Positions 29,128-41,540 of a stretch of 50,796 bases of DNA are shown in pieces. Positions within the stretch are counted from its first letter, which is position 1. Each line of letters begins with the position of its first letter. The stretch spans positions 1 through 50,796 of the forward strand of contig JAVHQY010000067.1 in assembly GCA_036171375.1 (NCBI GenBank). The letters are read 5' to 3'. A program made the position numbers and the translations under genes. The stretch is from Rhodoferax sp. Its GTDB lineage: Bacteria > Pseudomonadota > Gammaproteobacteria > Burkholderiales > Burkholderiaceae_C. The notes under the pieces were generated by a model. The model was not told where the DNA came from. It made no database searches and was given only the letters and a program-made list of their open reading frames with translations.

Positions 29128-30387
29128 ATGGCAGTCTGGGCATTAGGCATCAATCACAACACGGCACCACTTGATTTGCGCGGCCGTTTTGCATTTGCGA
29201 TCGACCAGATTGCGCCGACTCTGCAAACTTTGCGTGCAGCATTGCCGCAGCAGCCAGAAGCTGCGCTGATCTCAACCTGCAATCGCACCGAGATCTACTG
29301 TGCAGCGCAAACACCGCAGGTTGAGCCGACGCTGGACTGGATGGCGCAGACCGGCGGCATCAGTACCGCTGAACTTCGCTCACACACCTATTCACTTGAA
29401 AACAGCTCGGCGGCACGGCACGCCTTTCGCGTCGCCAGCGGGCTGGATTCGATGGTGCTGGGCGAAACGCAGATTCTGGGGCAATTCAAAAACGCAGTGC
29501 GCGCGGCCGAGGAGGCGGGCGCTTTGGGTAACACGCTCAGCCAGTTGTTTCAGCGCTCGTTTGCCGTGGCCAAGGAAGTGCGCAGTTCAACCGAGATCGG
29601 CGCCCATTCGATCAGCATGGCAGCAGCAGCCGTCAGGTTGGCCGGACAGTTGTTCGAAGATCTGAACCGGGTGAAGATTTTGTTTGTTGGCGCCGGCGAA
29701 ATGATCGAGCTTTGCGCCACCCACTTTGCCGCCAAAACACCCAAGAGCATGGCCATCGCGAACCGCACGCTTGAGCGCGGTGAGAAATTGGCCAGCCGCT
29801 TTGGTGCCCAGGTCATGCACCTGGCCGATCTGCCCGAGCGCCTGCACGAGTTCGATGCCGTGGTGAGCTGCACCGCCAGCACCTTGCCCATCATTGGTCT
29901 TGGCGCGGTGGAGCGCGCCCTCAAACAGCGCAAGCGCCGCCCCATGTTCATGGTGGACCTGGCGGTTCCGCGCGACATCGAAATCGAGGTCAAGTCACTG
30001 GAAGACGTTTATCTCTACACCGTGGACGACCTCGCGGCTGTGGTGCAAACCGCCCAGGCCAGCCGGCAGGCGGCAGTGGCGCAGGCCGAAGCCATCGTCG
30101 ATGTCGGCGTGCAGAGTTTCATGCACTGGATCGAGCGCCGCAGCACCGTGCCATTGATTCAGCAACTCAACGCGCAGGCCGACCAATGGCGCGCAGCAGA
30201 AATCAGCCGGGCCCAAAAACTGCTGGCCAAAGGCGCCGATGTCAATGCCGTGCTGGAAGCCCTGTCCAAGGGGCTGACACAAAAACTGCTGCACGGCGCA
30301 ATGGCCGAATTGAACGCCGGTGATGTCCAGGCGCGCGAACACGCCAGCCAGGCGATTCAACAATTCTTCCTGCGCAAAGAGCATTAG
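29128..30387 (+). CDS. hemA: Glutamyl-tRNA reductase
   Basis: [46 protein letters not shown]. Confidence 0.97.
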   Translation: MAVWALGINHNTAPLDLRGRFAFAIDQIAPTLQTLRAALPQQPEAALISTCNRTEIYCAAQTPQVEPTLDWMAQTGGISTAELRSHTYSLENSSAARHAFRVASGLDSMVLGETQILGQFKNAVRAAEEAGALGNTLSQLFQRSFAVAKEVRSSTEIGAHSISMAAAAVRLAGQLFEDLNRVKILFVGAGEMIELCATHFAAKTPKSMAIANRTLERGEKLASRFGAQVMHLADLPERLHEFDAVVSCTASTLPIIGLGAVERALKQRKRRPMFMVDLAVPRDIEIEVKSLEDVYLYTVDDLAAVVQTAQASRQAAVAQAEAIVDVGVQSFMHWIERRSTVPLIQQLNAQADQWRAAEISRAQKLLAKGADVNAVLEALSKGLTQKLLHGAMAELNAGDVQAREHASQAIQQFFLRKEH

Positions 30388-30396
30388 GGTTCGCTG

Positions 30397-31497
30397 ATGA
30401 AACCCTTTCTACGCCAGCAACTGGCGCGCTATGGCGATCGTCTGGGCGAGCTTGAATTTTTGCTCTCGCGCGAAGACATCATGCAAGACATGGCGCAGTT
30501 TTTGCTGCTGTCGCGTGAGCACACCGAAGTGGCGGCAGTGGCCAGCCGCTGGCAGCGCTACCAGTGTCGCGAGCTTGATTTGGCCGCCGCACGGGAGTTG
30601 CTTGCCAGTGCGTCGCAGGACGAGGAGATGGTCGCCCTGGCACAGGAGGAAATCGACCACGCAAGCGCTGAGCTCGAACAGCTTGACGCTGAACTACAGC
30701 GCATGCTGTTGCCCAAAGACCCAGACGATGCCCGCAACGCTTTTTTGGAAATCCGCGCTGGCACCGGGGGCGACGAATCGGCGCTGTTTGCACTCGATCT
30801 GGCGCGCATGTACACGCGCTACTGTGAGCGACGTGGCTGGCGCGCCAGCATCATCAGCGCCTCATCAAGCGAGCTTGGCGGCTACAAGGAAGTGGTGCTG
30901 AAAGTCGAGGGAGAACAGGTTTATGGGTCGCTCAAATTCGAGTCCGGCGGCCATCGTGTGCAGCGCGTGCCGGTGACCGAGACGCAAGGGCGCATCCACA
31001 CCAGCGCTTGTACCGTGGCCGTGATGGCCGAACCCGACGAAGCGGTAGCGGTGCAGATCAACCCGGCCGACCTGCGCATTGACACCTACCGCGCCAGCGG
31101 TGCCGGTGGTCAGCACATCAACAAGACCGACTCGGCCGTGCGCATCACGCACTTGCCCACCGGCATCGTTGCCGAGTGCCAGGACGGGCGCAGCCAGCAC
31201 AGCAACAAGGCGCAAGCGCTGCGGGTGCTCACCGCGCGCATCCAGGAAAAAGACCGCAGCGAACGCGCTGCGAAAAACGCCGCCGAGCGCAAGAGCCTGG
31301 TGGGAACCGGTGACCGCAGTGACCGCATCCGCACCTACAACTTTCCGCAGGGCCGCCTGAGCGACCACCGCATCAATCTCACGCTGTACAAACTGGCCAA
31401 CATCATGGACGGCGATCTGGACGATGTGGTGCAGGCGCTGCAAGCGTTCGAAGCAGCGCAACAGCTCGCTGCGCTGGAACTCGGAGCTGCCAGCTAA
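30397..31497 (+). CDS. prfA: Peptide chain release factor 1
   Basis: [13 protein letters not shown] anticodon-mimic (VPVTE), [19 protein letters not shown]. Confidence 0.97.
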   Translation: MKPFLRQQLARYGDRLGELEFLLSREDIMQDMAQFLLLSREHTEVAAVASRWQRYQCRELDLAAARELLASASQDEEMVALAQEEIDHASAELEQLDAELQRMLLPKDPDDARNAFLEIRAGTGGDESALFALDLARMYTRYCERRGWRASIISASSSELGGYKEVVLKVEGEQVYGSLKFESGGHRVQRVPVTETQGRIHTSACTVAVMAEPDEAVAVQINPADLRIDTYRASGAGGQHINKTDSAVRITHLPTGIVAECQDGRSQHSNKAQALRVLTARIQEKDRSERAAKNAAERKSLVGTGDRSDRIRTYNFPQGRLSDHRINLTLYKLANIMDGDLDDVVQALQAFEAAQQLAALELGAAS

Positions 31498-31530
31498 ACG
31501 CGCCACAGTCAAGCTCGCAGTGGCGATGTC

Positions 31531-32430
31531 ATGAAATCCCTTGCCCCCGATGCCGGCATGGCGCAAATTCTGCGCGTTCTGCAAAACGACGGCATAGCGC
31601 AACTTGATGCCGAGTTGCTGTTGCTGCACAGCCTGGCCAAGCCAGCAACCGAGCGCGCCTGGCTGTTTGCACACGGCACCCAGACGCTGTCCGCCAGCGC
31701 CCAAGGTGTGCTGAAAACCAGCATCGAGCGCTACCAACGCGGTGAACCGCTGGCTTACATCGTCGGTCAGCAATCGTTCTACGGCCTTGATCTGCTGGTT
31801 GACGAGCGCGTGCTGGTACCTCGGCCGGACACCGAAACGCTGGTCGATTGGGCGTTGGAATTGATTGCTGAGCGCTCCGCGCTAGCCTTCCCGATTACCA
31901 GCGTGCGCGATTTGGGCACCGGCAGCGGTGCCATTGCCCTGGCACTGAAATCCATGCGCCCCGAGCTGCACGTCAGCGCCAGCGATGCCAGCCAAAAGGC
32001 TTTGACGGTGGCGCGCGCCAACGCCCAGCGCCTGCAACTGGCAGTCGATTTTTTTCACGCCTCCTGGCTGAGCGGATGCAGCGAACGCTTCGGACTCATC
32101 GTCGCCAACCCACCCTACGTTGCGGCACACGACCCGCATTTGCCAGCGTTGGCGTTCGAACCGACCCCGGCACTGGTGAGTGGTGCTGACGGCCTGCAGG
32201 CAATCCGTGACATCATCGCTCAGGCTGGCAGCCATTTACTCGGGCGCGGCTGGCTGTTGCTCGAACACGGCTACGACCAGGCCAGCGCCGTGCGCGCTTT
32301 GCTGATCGATGCCGGCTTTGCGGACGTGCGCACACGCCGCGACCTGGCCGGTGTGGCACGTTGCAGTGGCGGCCAGTGGCCGGCCCTACCGACAAAGCGG
32401 TCGGCACCACCGCTCAATGCCGAAAAGTGA
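31531..32430 (+). CDS. prmC: Release factor glutamine methyltransferase
   Basis: GEPLAYI, VPRPDTETLV, DLGTGSGAIA, NPPY, EHGYDQ. Confidence 0.95.
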   Translation: MKSLAPDAGMAQILRVLQNDGIAQLDAELLLLHSLAKPATERAWLFAHGTQTLSASAQGVLKTSIERYQRGEPLAYIVGQQSFYGLDLLVDERVLVPRPDTETLVDWALELIAERSALAFPITSVRDLGTGSGAIALALKSMRPELHVSASDASQKALTVARANAQRLQLAVDFFHASWLSGCSERFGLIVANPPYVAAHDPHLPALAFEPTPALVSGADGLQAIRDIIAQAGSHLLGRGWLLLEHGYDQASAVRALLIDAGFADVRTRRDLAGVARCSGGQWPALPTKRSAPPLNAEK

Positions 32431-32468
32431 AATAATCACATCCTCTTTTTTTGCAAGGAATCACTGAC

Positions 32469-32792
32469 ATGACCGATACCCAACAACGCATTGCCGACTT
32501 GGTAAAAACCAACGATGTTCTGCTTTTCATGAAAGGCAGCGCCAATTTCCCGCAGTGCGGTTTCTCGGGCCGTGCGGTGCAGATTTTGCAGGCCTGCGGT
32601 GTCGATCTGAAGACCCTCAAAACGGTCAACGTGCTCGAAGACGAGGGCGTTCGCAACGGCATCAAGCAGTTCAGCAATTGGCCCACCATTCCGCAGCTCT
32701 ACATCAAAGGTGAGTTCATCGGTGGCTCGGACATCATGATGGAGATGTACGAAAAAGGCGAACTGCAACAAGCGCTGGCAGCCAAAGCCTGA
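32469..32792 (+). CDS. grxD: Monothiol glutaredoxin Grx4
   Basis: LFMKG, PQCGFS, WPTIPQLY, GGSDI. Confidence 0.96.
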   Translation: MTDTQQRIADLVKTNDVLLFMKGSANFPQCGFSGRAVQILQACGVDLKTLKTVNVLEDEGVRNGIKQFSNWPTIPQLYIKGEFIGGSDIMMEMYEKGELQQALAAKA

Positions 32793-32839
32793 GCGCGGGG
32801 CGGGTACCTGCTGGCAACCGGTAACCGGCAGGCGCGGTA

Positions 32840-33442
32840 TCACTTCCAGCGCCGTGTGGCGGCCAACACGGCATTGGGGTACTGTGGCTGACCGCGTGAG
32901 CCGTTGTAGCGACCCAGTGCATAGAACAAATCACCGCGTTCAAGTTCCAGGTAGTGGCGCAGGATGACGCAACCAAAGCGCAGATTGGTTTGCAGGTGAA
33001 ACAGTTTGCTGGCATCACCGTCACCGATCAGACGCGCCCAGAATGGCATCACCTGCATATAGCCGCGCGCTCCGACCGGGCTCACGGCAAACTTCCTGAA
33101 ATTGCTCTCCACTTGCACCAGGCCCAGAACCAGCGCTGTCTCCAGGCCAGCGCGCCGGCTTTCGTACCACACGGTCTGCAAAAATTCCCGGCGCGCGTTG
33201 TGATCGGGTTTCTTGTTTTTCAACTGATCACTTTTCGCACCCAGCCAGCGCAGGTACTTCAAACGGGATTCGGTGTCAAAAAACTCGGGCTCGGGCGGTT
33301 CACGGCTGGCGACCGCCGAACTCAAGGCGGTGCGCACTGAATCGATCAACGGCTCTTCGAGTTGTTTGCCAGCCTGCACCCAAATCGGGTTCAAAAGGCT
33401 GGCGACTGATGCCAGACAAAAGCGGCGTCTTCTGGACCACAT
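32840..33442 (-). CDS. Lytic transglycosylase (SLT domain)
   Basis: VQVESNF catalytic Glu, GARGYMQV, NLRFG, ALGRYNG; Arg-rich signal peptide. Confidence 0.88.
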   Translation of the reverse strand: MWSRRRRFCLASVASLLNPIWVQAGKQLEEPLIDSVRTALSSAVASREPPEPEFFDTESRLKYLRWLGAKSDQLKNKKPDHNARREFLQTVWYESRRAGLETALVLGLVQVESNFRKFAVSPVGARGYMQVMPFWARLIGDGDASKLFHLQTNLRFGCVILRHYLELERGDLFYALGRYNGSRGQPQYPNAVLAATRRWK

Positions 33443-33459
33443 CGCTCAAACCGACAGCA

Positions 33460-35205
33460 TCAAACTTTAAGTCGGGCCTGAACCCAGGCCAGAATTTCAG
33501 TCAAGGGCACCGGCGTGGCGGCGCTGTCACGACGGTGCTGGTATTCAACCTCGCCCGTTTTCAGCCTGCGCTCGCCAATCGTCACGCGATGCGGCACGCC
33601 GATCAGCTCCCAGTCGGCAAACATGGCACCCGGACGCTCGCCGCGGTCGTCCAGAATCACATCCACACCAGCGCCCAGCAAGGCACCATAGAGCTCTTCG
33701 GCGGCGGCTTTGACGGCTGGAGAGCGCTCCGGGCTGATGGGACACAAGACCACGGTAAACGGTGCCAGCGCATCAGGCCAGATGATGCCGCGCGCATCGT
33801 GGTTTTGTTCAATCGCTGCCGCAGGCAAACGCGTGATGCCGATGCCGTAACAACCCATTTCCATGAACTGCGGTTTGCCGTTGACATCGAGAAAGGTAGC
33901 GTTCATGGCTTGGCTGTATTTGGTACCCAAATAAAACACATGGCCGATTTCAATGCCGCGCTCGATGGCCAGCCGGCCTTTGCCATCGGGCGAGGAATCA
34001 CCTTCGATCACATTGCGAAGGTCAGCCACCTGCGCCGGATCGGGTAGATCGCGGCCCCAGTTCACCCCAGTGAAGTGGAAGTCTGCTTCATTGGCACCGC
34101 AAATCCAGTCACTCATCACAGCGACATCGCGATCCACCACAAGCTTGACCGGTTTTTTCAATCCGATGGGTCCCAGGTAACCTGGCTTGCAGCCAAAGTG
34201 GTCTTCAATTTCAGCGATGCTGGCAAAGCGAAAACCCCGGTCAAGCCCTGGCAGCTTGCTGACTTTGACTTCATTCATGTCATGGTCACCGCGCAACAGC
34301 AACAACCACACTTGGGTCTGGACAATTTGGCCCGCCGCATTGCTGCCGTCGGTGGCCAGCACCAGCGACTTGACGCTGGCTTGCAACGGCAGACCCAACA
34401 GCGCTGCCACGTCAGCGCAGGTGCTTTTGCCCGGTGTGGGGGTCTTTTCCATGGCCTGTTGACCAGCAGCCAGACGCTGTGTGGGGGCCAGTGCTTCGGC
34501 CTTTTCCATGTTGGCCGCGTAGTCGCTGCTCGGGCAATAGACGATGGCATCTTCACCGGTAGCGGCGATGACCTGAAACTCTTCGCTCAAATCGCCGCCA
34601 ATGGCACCGCTGTCGGCAGCCACCGCGCGGTAGGTCAAACCAAAACGGTCAAAAATCCGGCGATACGCCTGCGCCATCACCTGATAGCTGGCTTTGGCTG
34701 CCGTCTGGTCACGGTCGAAACTGTAGGCATCTTTCATGATGAACTCGCGCCCGCGCATCAGGCCAAAGCGCGGCCGGCGCTCATCGCGGAATTTGGTCTG
34801 GATCTGATAAAAATTCCGCGGCAACTGCTTGTAGCTTTTGATTTCCTGGCGCGCAATGTCGGTGACCACTTCTTCACTGGTCGGTTGCACCACGTAGTCG
34901 TGCCCGTGGCGGTCCTTGATGCGCAACAACTCGGCACCCATTTTGTCGAAGCGGCCGCTCTCGGCCCATAGCTCGGCCGGTTGCACCACCGGCATCGCCA
35001 CCTCGACCGCACCGGCGCGGTTCATCTCTTCGCGCACGATGGCTTCCACCTTGCGCACCACGCGCAAGCCCATTGGCATCAGCGTGTAGATGCCAGCGCC
35101 CAATTTCTTGATCATGCCAGCGCGCATCATCAACTGGTGGCTGACCACCTCGGCATCGGCCGGTGCCTCCTTCAGGGTAGAAATGAAAAATTGGGAAGCT
35201 TTCAT
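33460..35205 (-). CDS. proS: Proline-tRNA ligase
   Basis: [37 protein letters not shown] editing domain, MGCYGIG. Start ATG 35205. Confidence 0.97.
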   Translation of the reverse strand: MKASQFFISTLKEAPADAEVVSHQLMMRAGMIKKLGAGIYTLMPMGLRVVRKVEAIVREEMNRAGAVEVAMPVVQPAELWAESGRFDKMGAELLRIKDRHGHDYVVQPTSEEVVTDIARQEIKSYKQLPRNFYQIQTKFRDERRPRFGLMRGREFIMKDAYSFDRDQTAAKASYQVMAQAYRRIFDRFGLTYRAVAADSGAIGGDLSEEFQVIAATGEDAIVYCPSSDYAANMEKAEALAPTQRLAAGQQAMEKTPTPGKSTCADVAALLGLPLQASVKSLVLATDGSNAAGQIVQTQVWLLLLRGDHDMNEVKVSKLPGLDRGFRFASIAEIEDHFGCKPGYLGPIGLKKPVKLVVDRDVAVMSDWICGANEADFHFTGVNWGRDLPDPAQVADLRNVIEGDSSPDGKGRLAIERGIEIGHVFYLGTKYSQAMNATFLDVNGKPQFMEMGCYGIGITRLPAAAIEQNHDARGIIWPDALAPFTVVLCPISPERSPAVKAAAEELYGALLGAGVDVILDDRGERPGAMFADWELIGVPHRVTIGERRLKTGEVEYQHRRDSAATPVPLTEILAWVQARLKV

Positions 35206-35296
35206 GGCAATACTTTTCAAATAACGTCACCGGCAAGGCTTGATGATGAGCACTTGCTGTGCATAATGGACACAGTTTAAAAATTGGGGTTTGATT

Positions 35297-35941
35297 ATGC
35301 TTGACCGCGAAGGCTTTAGGCCAAACGTCGGCATCATTTTGCTCAACCAGAAAAATCAGGTGTTTTGGGGCAAGCGCATTCGCACGCACTCCTGGCAGTT
35401 TCCGCAAGGCGGCATCGACCGTGGTGAAACGCCCGAGCAGGCGATGGTGCGCGAGCTGCATGAAGAAGTGGGGCTGTTGCGTGAGCACATTCGCATCGTC
35501 GCCCGCACCCGGGACTGGTTGCGCTATGAGGTGCCGGATCGCTATATCCGCCGCGATGCACGTGGCCACTACAGGGGCCAGAAACAAATCTGGTTCCTGC
35601 TGCAACTGTTGGGCCACGATTGGGATTTCAACCTGCGTGCCACCGACCATCCGGAATTCGATGCCTGGCGCTGGAACGACTACTGGGTGCCACTCGACGC
35701 GGTGGTGGAATTCAAACGCGGCGTTTATGAAATTGCGCTGACCGAGCTGGCGCGCTACTTGCCACGCAATGAATACCGCAACCGGTTTCTGCGCCAGGGC
35801 ATGCGTCCGCTGGAGCAGGAACGCTCGCCCGAGCTGACAGTCGGCAGCGGCATCATCGAGTTGCCGCCAGATGCCTGCTTTGAGCCAGCCACGCAAGCCG
35901 GCACCAACGCCGCCCAGGCCGAAAAGCCCAAGCCAGCCTGA
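35297..35941 (+). CDS. rppH: RNA pyrophosphohydrolase
   Basis: [15 protein letters not shown], Nudix box, [15 protein letters not shown]. Confidence 0.96.
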   Translation: MLDREGFRPNVGIILLNQKNQVFWGKRIRTHSWQFPQGGIDRGETPEQAMVRELHEEVGLLREHIRIVARTRDWLRYEVPDRYIRRDARGHYRGQKQIWFLLQLLGHDWDFNLRATDHPEFDAWRWNDYWVPLDAVVEFKRGVYEIALTELARYLPRNEYRNRFLRQGMRPLEQERSPELTVGSGIIELPPDACFEPATQAGTNAAQAEKPKPA

Positions 35942-35951
35942 TGCTCCGCGC

Positions 35952-37088
35952 TCAGCGCGCCAGCACCAGATTGTCCCGGTGCACCATTTCGGGTTCGGCC
36001 GCGTAGCCCAGCAGCTGTTCAAACTCGCCGCTGGGTTTGCGACACAACAGGCGTGCTTCAGCGCTGGCGTAATTGGCCAGGCCACGCGCGATCTCAACAC
36101 CGCTGTCATCGCGAATGGCAATCACGTCGCCGCGTGAGAAATCACCTTCGACACTGGTCATGCCGATCGGCAACAGGCTGCTGCCGGCAGCAAGCACACG
36201 TTGCGCTGCGCCAGCATCGACCACCACCCAGCCGCGCAACTGGAGATGGTCGGCAATCCACTGCTTGCGCGCCTGCTGCTTGTGCGTTTGCGCCACCAGC
36301 AGTGTGCCGATCGACTCGCCCCGGCTCAAACGCAGCAGCGCGTCGCGTTCGCGCCCTGAGGCGATCACGGTCGAAGCGCCCGAGCCAGCGGCCCGCTTGG
36401 CAGCAAGTATTTTGGTGATCATGCCGCCGCGCCCCAGCGCCGAGCCGCTGCCACCGGCCATCGCTTCCAGCGCTGCATCGCCCGCCGTGGCCATCGGTAC
36501 CAATTGCGCCGTGCTGTCCTGCCGCGGATCGCTGGTGTAGAGGCCTTTTTGATCGGTCAGGATGACCAGCGCGTCGGCTTCCACCAGGTTCGCCACCAAC
36601 GCCCCCAGCGTGTCGTTATCACCAAATTTAATTTCATCGTTGACAACAGTGTCGTTCTCGTTGATGACCGGAACCACACCCAATTTCAGCAAGGTGAGCA
36701 GCGTTGAGCGTGCATTGAGGTAGCGCTCGCGGTCGGCCAGGTCGGCGTGCGTCAGCAGCACCTGCGCGCTGCCCAGCCCATTCTCACGCAACTTGGTCTC
36801 ATACATTTGCGCCAGGCCCATTTGGCCGACGGCAGCGGCCGCTTGCAATTCACTGATTTCATGCGGCCGCACGCTCCAACCCAAGCGCTTCATGCCCTCG
36901 GCGATGGCCCCGCTCGAGACCATGATGAGCTCGCGCCCGCCGGCCACCAACAGCGCCAACTGGCGACACCATTCACCGATCGCCGCTTCATCGAGTCCAC
37001 GGCCTTCATTGGTGACCAGACTGGAACCCACTTTGACGACGATGCGGCGGGCATCGCGCAGCACAGTTGAAACCGCTTGGGTACTCAT
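35952..37088 (-). CDS. proB: Glutamate 5-kinase
   Basis: VVKVGSS, VSSGA, INENDTV, FGDND, GGMITK, PUA domain. Confidence 0.97.
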   Translation of the reverse strand: MSTQAVSTVLRDARRIVVKVGSSLVTNEGRGLDEAAIGEWCRQLALLVAGGRELIMVSSGAIAEGMKRLGWSVRPHEISELQAAAAVGQMGLAQMYETKLRENGLGSAQVLLTHADLADRERYLNARSTLLTLLKLGVVPVINENDTVVNDEIKFGDNDTLGALVANLVEADALVILTDQKGLYTSDPRQDSTAQLVPMATAGDAALEAMAGGSGSALGRGGMITKILAAKRAAGSGASTVIASGRERDALLRLSRGESIGTLLVAQTHKQQARKQWIADHLQLRGWVVVDAGAAQRVLAAGSSLLPIGMTSVEGDFSRGDVIAIRDDSGVEIARGLANYASAEARLLCRKPSGEFEQLLGYAAEPEMVHRDNLVLAR

Positions 37089-37106
37089 GATCGGCGCTGC
37101 CTCTGG

Positions 37107-38210
<1,104 letters not shown>

Positions 38211-38216
38211 CATCAT

Positions 38217-38245
38217 AAAAAACCCCGCGCAGCGCGCAGGGTTTT
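38217..38245 (-). terminator. Intrinsic terminator after rpmA
   Basis: Minus strand ACCCTGCGC-GCT-GCGCGGGGT followed by a T-run. Confidence 0.7.
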
Positions 38246-38265
38246 CAATTGGGCGCGCCAGCCGA

Positions 38266-38523
38266 TTATGCCGTTGCAATGTTTACCGTGGGCTTGTTAA
38301 GCGCGCCTTTGGTGTTAAAAGACACCTGGCCGTCGCTGAGGGCAAACAAGGTGTGATCCTTGCCGATGCCGACGTTGGTGCCCGGATGAAACTGCGTGCC
38401 ACGTTGGCGCACGATGATCGAACCCGCGCTGATCACCTGACCGCCGAATGCCTTGACACCCAGCATTTTGGGCTTGGAATCACGCCCGTTGTGCGTAGAG
38501 CCGCCGCCTTTTTTATGAGCCAT
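38266..38523 (-). CDS. rpmA: 50S ribosomal protein L27
   Basis: [26 protein letters not shown]. Confidence 0.98.
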   Translation of the reverse strand: MAHKKGGGSTHNGRDSKPKMLGVKAFGGQVISAGSIIVRQRGTQFHPGTNVGIGKDHTLFALSDGQVSFNTKGALNKPTVNIATA

Positions 38524-38534
38524 GACTCTTTCTC

Positions 38535-38846
38535 CTATGCCGCGATGGTATTCACCAGCAGTTCGGTGAACTGCTGCCGATGCCCTTGGCGCTTCTGGTA
38601 ATGTTTACGACGACGCATTTTGAAAATGCTGACCTTGTCGTGTTGGCCATGTGCCACGACCGTGACACTCACCGTTGCGCCGGACACCAAGGGCGTGCCA
38701 ACCTTCAGCTCGGTGCCGTCACCGACAGCCAGAACCTGATCAAACACAATCTCTTGGCCTACGTCCGCAGCAATCTGTTCTACTTTAATTTTTTCGCCGG
38801 CAGCAACCCGATACTGTTTGCCACCAGTTTTTATGACCGCGTACAT
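38535..38846 (-). CDS. rplU: 50S ribosomal protein L21
   Basis: [12 protein letters not shown]...GHRQ; start ATG 38846. Confidence 0.98.
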   Translation of the reverse strand: MYAVIKTGGKQYRVAAGEKIKVEQIAADVGQEIVFDQVLAVGDGTELKVGTPLVSGATVSVTVVAHGQHDKVSIFKMRRRKHYQKRQGHRQQFTELLVNTIAA

Positions 38847-38894
38847 GTTGACCTCTTGAATTTTCTCTGTAAACGGATTTTTACAGAGCTGCGC

Positions 38895-38903
38895 ACTATA
38901 CCA
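38895..38903 (-). promoter_or_regulatory. Putative extended -10 promoter of rplU
   Basis: Minus strand TG-G-TATAGT about 50 nt upstream of the ATG. Confidence 0.5.
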
Positions 38904-39003
38904 CAAGCTTGCCTTGCCCTACCGGTCGCAAACCCGCAGCCAACGCTGGTTGGAGGCGGTTTCTATAATCTGCCAAATTTCACAAATCTACCGGTCCAAC
39001 GCC

Positions 39004-39987
39004 TTGCAAGTCAATCCCTCAAGCTCCGCCACGCCGCTGGCTATCATCGCCGACGACATGCGTGAGCTCGACCTGGTCATCGCGCAGCGACTTGAGTCGC
39101 GGGTTCCGCTGGTGGGTCAGGTTGCCAATTACATCATTGGCGCTGGTGGCAAGCGCCTGCGGCCGGCTCTGCTGCTGCTCACCTGTGGTGCTCTGGGTTG
39201 CCGGGAGACGCAGCGCTTCAACCTGGCAGCGGTGGTTGAATTCATCCACACTGCAACACTGCTGCACGACGATGTCGTGGACGAATCCGATTTGCGCCGC
39301 GGCAACGCCACCGCCAATCGCTCATTCGGCAATCCGGCCAGTGTGCTGGTGGGCGACTACCTCTATTCGCGAGCGTTTCAGATGATGGTCAGTGCGCACA
39401 ACCTGCGCATCATGCAAGTCCTGGCCGATGCCACCAATGTGATCGCTGAAGGTGAAGTGCAGCAACTGATGAACATGCACAACGCCACGCTGGACGAAAC
39501 TGGCTATCTGCATGTGATTCGCTCCAAGACTGCCAAATTGTTTGAAGCCAGCGCCCGCGTCGGTGCCATCGTCTCCGGCAGCTCACCCGCCGTGGAGCAA
39601 CTTTGCGCCGACTATGGACAGGCGCTGGGCACAGCGTTCCAGGTAATTGACGACATTCTCGACTACACCGGCGATGCCGCCGTGATGGGAAAAAGTCTGG
39701 GTGATGATTTGCGCGAAGGCAAAACCACACTGCCCCTGATTGCCGCCATGCAGCGCGGCACGCCTGAGCAAAGTCGGCTGATTCAGACTGCAATTGAAAC
39801 GGGTGCCGTCGCCATGCTCGACGAGGTAGTCGGCATCGTCAGGTCCACCGGCGCGCTCGATGTGGCCAGGACGGCAGCCAAGGGTGAAGCCGAGCGCGCG
39901 ATGGCCGCGGCGCAACAGCTTCCGACCGGTCCGCACACCGACTGTTTGGTACAATTGGCCGCTCAGTTGCTGGGACGTCAATCATGA
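39004..39987 (+). CDS. ispB: Octaprenyl/polyprenyl diphosphate synthase
   Basis: [34 protein letters not shown]. Start uncertain (TTG 39004 or ATG 39058); TATAAT at 38964-38969. Confidence 0.92.
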   Translation: MQVNPSSSATPLAIIADDMRELDLVIAQRLESRVPLVGQVANYIIGAGGKRLRPALLLLTCGALGCRETQRFNLAAVVEFIHTATLLHDDVVDESDLRRGNATANRSFGNPASVLVGDYLYSRAFQMMVSAHNLRIMQVLADATNVIAEGEVQQLMNMHNATLDETGYLHVIRSKTAKLFEASARVGAIVSGSSPAVEQLCADYGQALGTAFQVIDDILDYTGDAAVMGKSLGDDLREGKTTLPLIAAMQRGTPEQSRLIQTAIETGAVAMLDEVVGIVRSTGALDVARTAAKGEAERAMAAAQQLPTGPHTDCLVQLAAQLLGRQS

Positions 39988-40028
39988 TTGATTGATTGGC
40001 CTGGCGATCCATCGAGAGACAAGATTTT

Positions 40029-40105
<77 letters not shown>

Positions 40106-40322
40106 ATTCATGGTTGCCACCATCCGCATGGCGCGATTGTGTGGTTTTTTCGAATTGTCGGGGCCGGGCCATTGACTTGACTCGACTCCAAGGCTTGCAG
40201 ACGTAGTACATTCACGCATGGTTGCCACAACCCTGTCAATACCGAACCCGCTGACTCCCGGGCAACCTGGACCAAAGGTTGTTCCTTTGCGCGCCTGAGC
40301 CAGCAACCAGTTCGAGAGTTTC

Positions 40323-41540
40323 ATGGCTACAGCCAAGTCAAAAAGCGTCAAAGAATACGTCTTTGAATGGGACGGAAAAGACCGCAACGGCAAGCAGGTA
40401 CGCGGTGAGATCCGCGCCGCCGGAGAAAACCAGGTCAAGGCTTCGCTGCGGCGCCAGGGCGTGACACCGGGCAAAATAAAAAAACGCCGCATGCGCTCGG
40501 GTCAGAAGATCAAACCCAAAGACCTGGCCATTTTCACGCGACAACTCGCCACCATGATGAAAGCCGGTGTGCCACTGCTACAGGCATTTGACATCGTCGG
40601 ACGCGGCAACGCCAACGCCAGCGTCACCAAGCTGCTCGCCGATATTCGCGCCGACGTGGAGACCGGTACTTCGCTCAGCGTCGCTTTCCGCAAATACCCG
40701 CTCTATTTTGACAACCTGTACTGCAACCTGATTGAAGCCGGTGAATCGGCCGGCATTCTGGACCAGTTGCTGGACCGGCTGGCGGTCTACATGGAAAAGA
40801 CCGAGGCCATGAAATCAAAAATCAAATCGGCCTTGATGTACCCCATTTCGGTTCTGGTGGTAGCGTTTGTGGTGACCGCGGTGATTATGATTTTTGTCGT
40901 GCCGTCATTCAAGGAAGTATTCTCCAGTTTCGGTGCCGACCTGCCCGCGCCGACGCTGGCGGTGATTGCCATGAGCGAAATTTTTGTCAAATGGTGGTGG
41001 CTTATTTTCGGCGGTATTGGGGGTGGCATTTACTTCTTCATGGAGGCCTGGAAGCGCAATGAAAAAATGCAGCATGTGATGGACCGTGTCATGCTCAAGA
41101 TGCCGATCTTCGGCGTGCTGGTGGACAAATCATGCATTGCACGCTGGACCCGAACGCTGGCCACCATGTTCGCCGCTGGCGTGCCACTGGTGGAAGCGCT
41201 CGAATCGGTCGGCGGAGCTGCCGGTAACTCCGTCTATGAGTTGGGAACCCGAAAAATTCAGCAAGAAGTGTCCACTGGCACAGCACTGACGGTGGCCATG
41301 ACCAACACCAACCTGTTTCCCACCATGGTGCTGCAAATGTGCGCCATCGGCGAAGAATCGGGCTCGATCGACCACATGCTGGGCAAAGCGGCCGACTTCT
41401 ACGAAGCCGAAGTGGACGACATGGTGGCCGGCATATCGAGCTTGATGGAACCGATCATCATCGTCATTCTTGGCACCGTCATTGGTGGCATCGTGGTCGC
41501 CATGTACCTGCCCATCTTCAAGCTTGGGCAGGTGGTCTGA
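40323..41540 (+). CDS. pilC: Type IV pilus platform protein (T2SS F family)
   Basis: FTRQLATMMKAGVPL, AGESAG, GEESG, AMYLPIFKLG. Confidence 0.95.
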   Translation: MATAKSKSVKEYVFEWDGKDRNGKQVRGEIRAAGENQVKASLRRQGVTPGKIKKRRMRSGQKIKPKDLAIFTRQLATMMKAGVPLLQAFDIVGRGNANASVTKLLADIRADVETGTSLSVAFRKYPLYFDNLYCNLIEAGESAGILDQLLDRLAVYMEKTEAMKSKIKSALMYPISVLVVAFVVTAVIMIFVVPSFKEVFSSFGADLPAPTLAVIAMSEIFVKWWWLIFGGIGGGIYFFMEAWKRNEKMQHVMDRVMLKMPIFGVLVDKSCIARWTRTLATMFAAGVPLVEALESVGGAAGNSVYELGTRKIQQEVSTGTALTVAMTNTNLFPTMVLQMCAIGEESGSIDHMLGKAADFYEAEVDDMVAGISSLMEPIIIVILGTVIGGIVVAMYLPIFKLGQVV

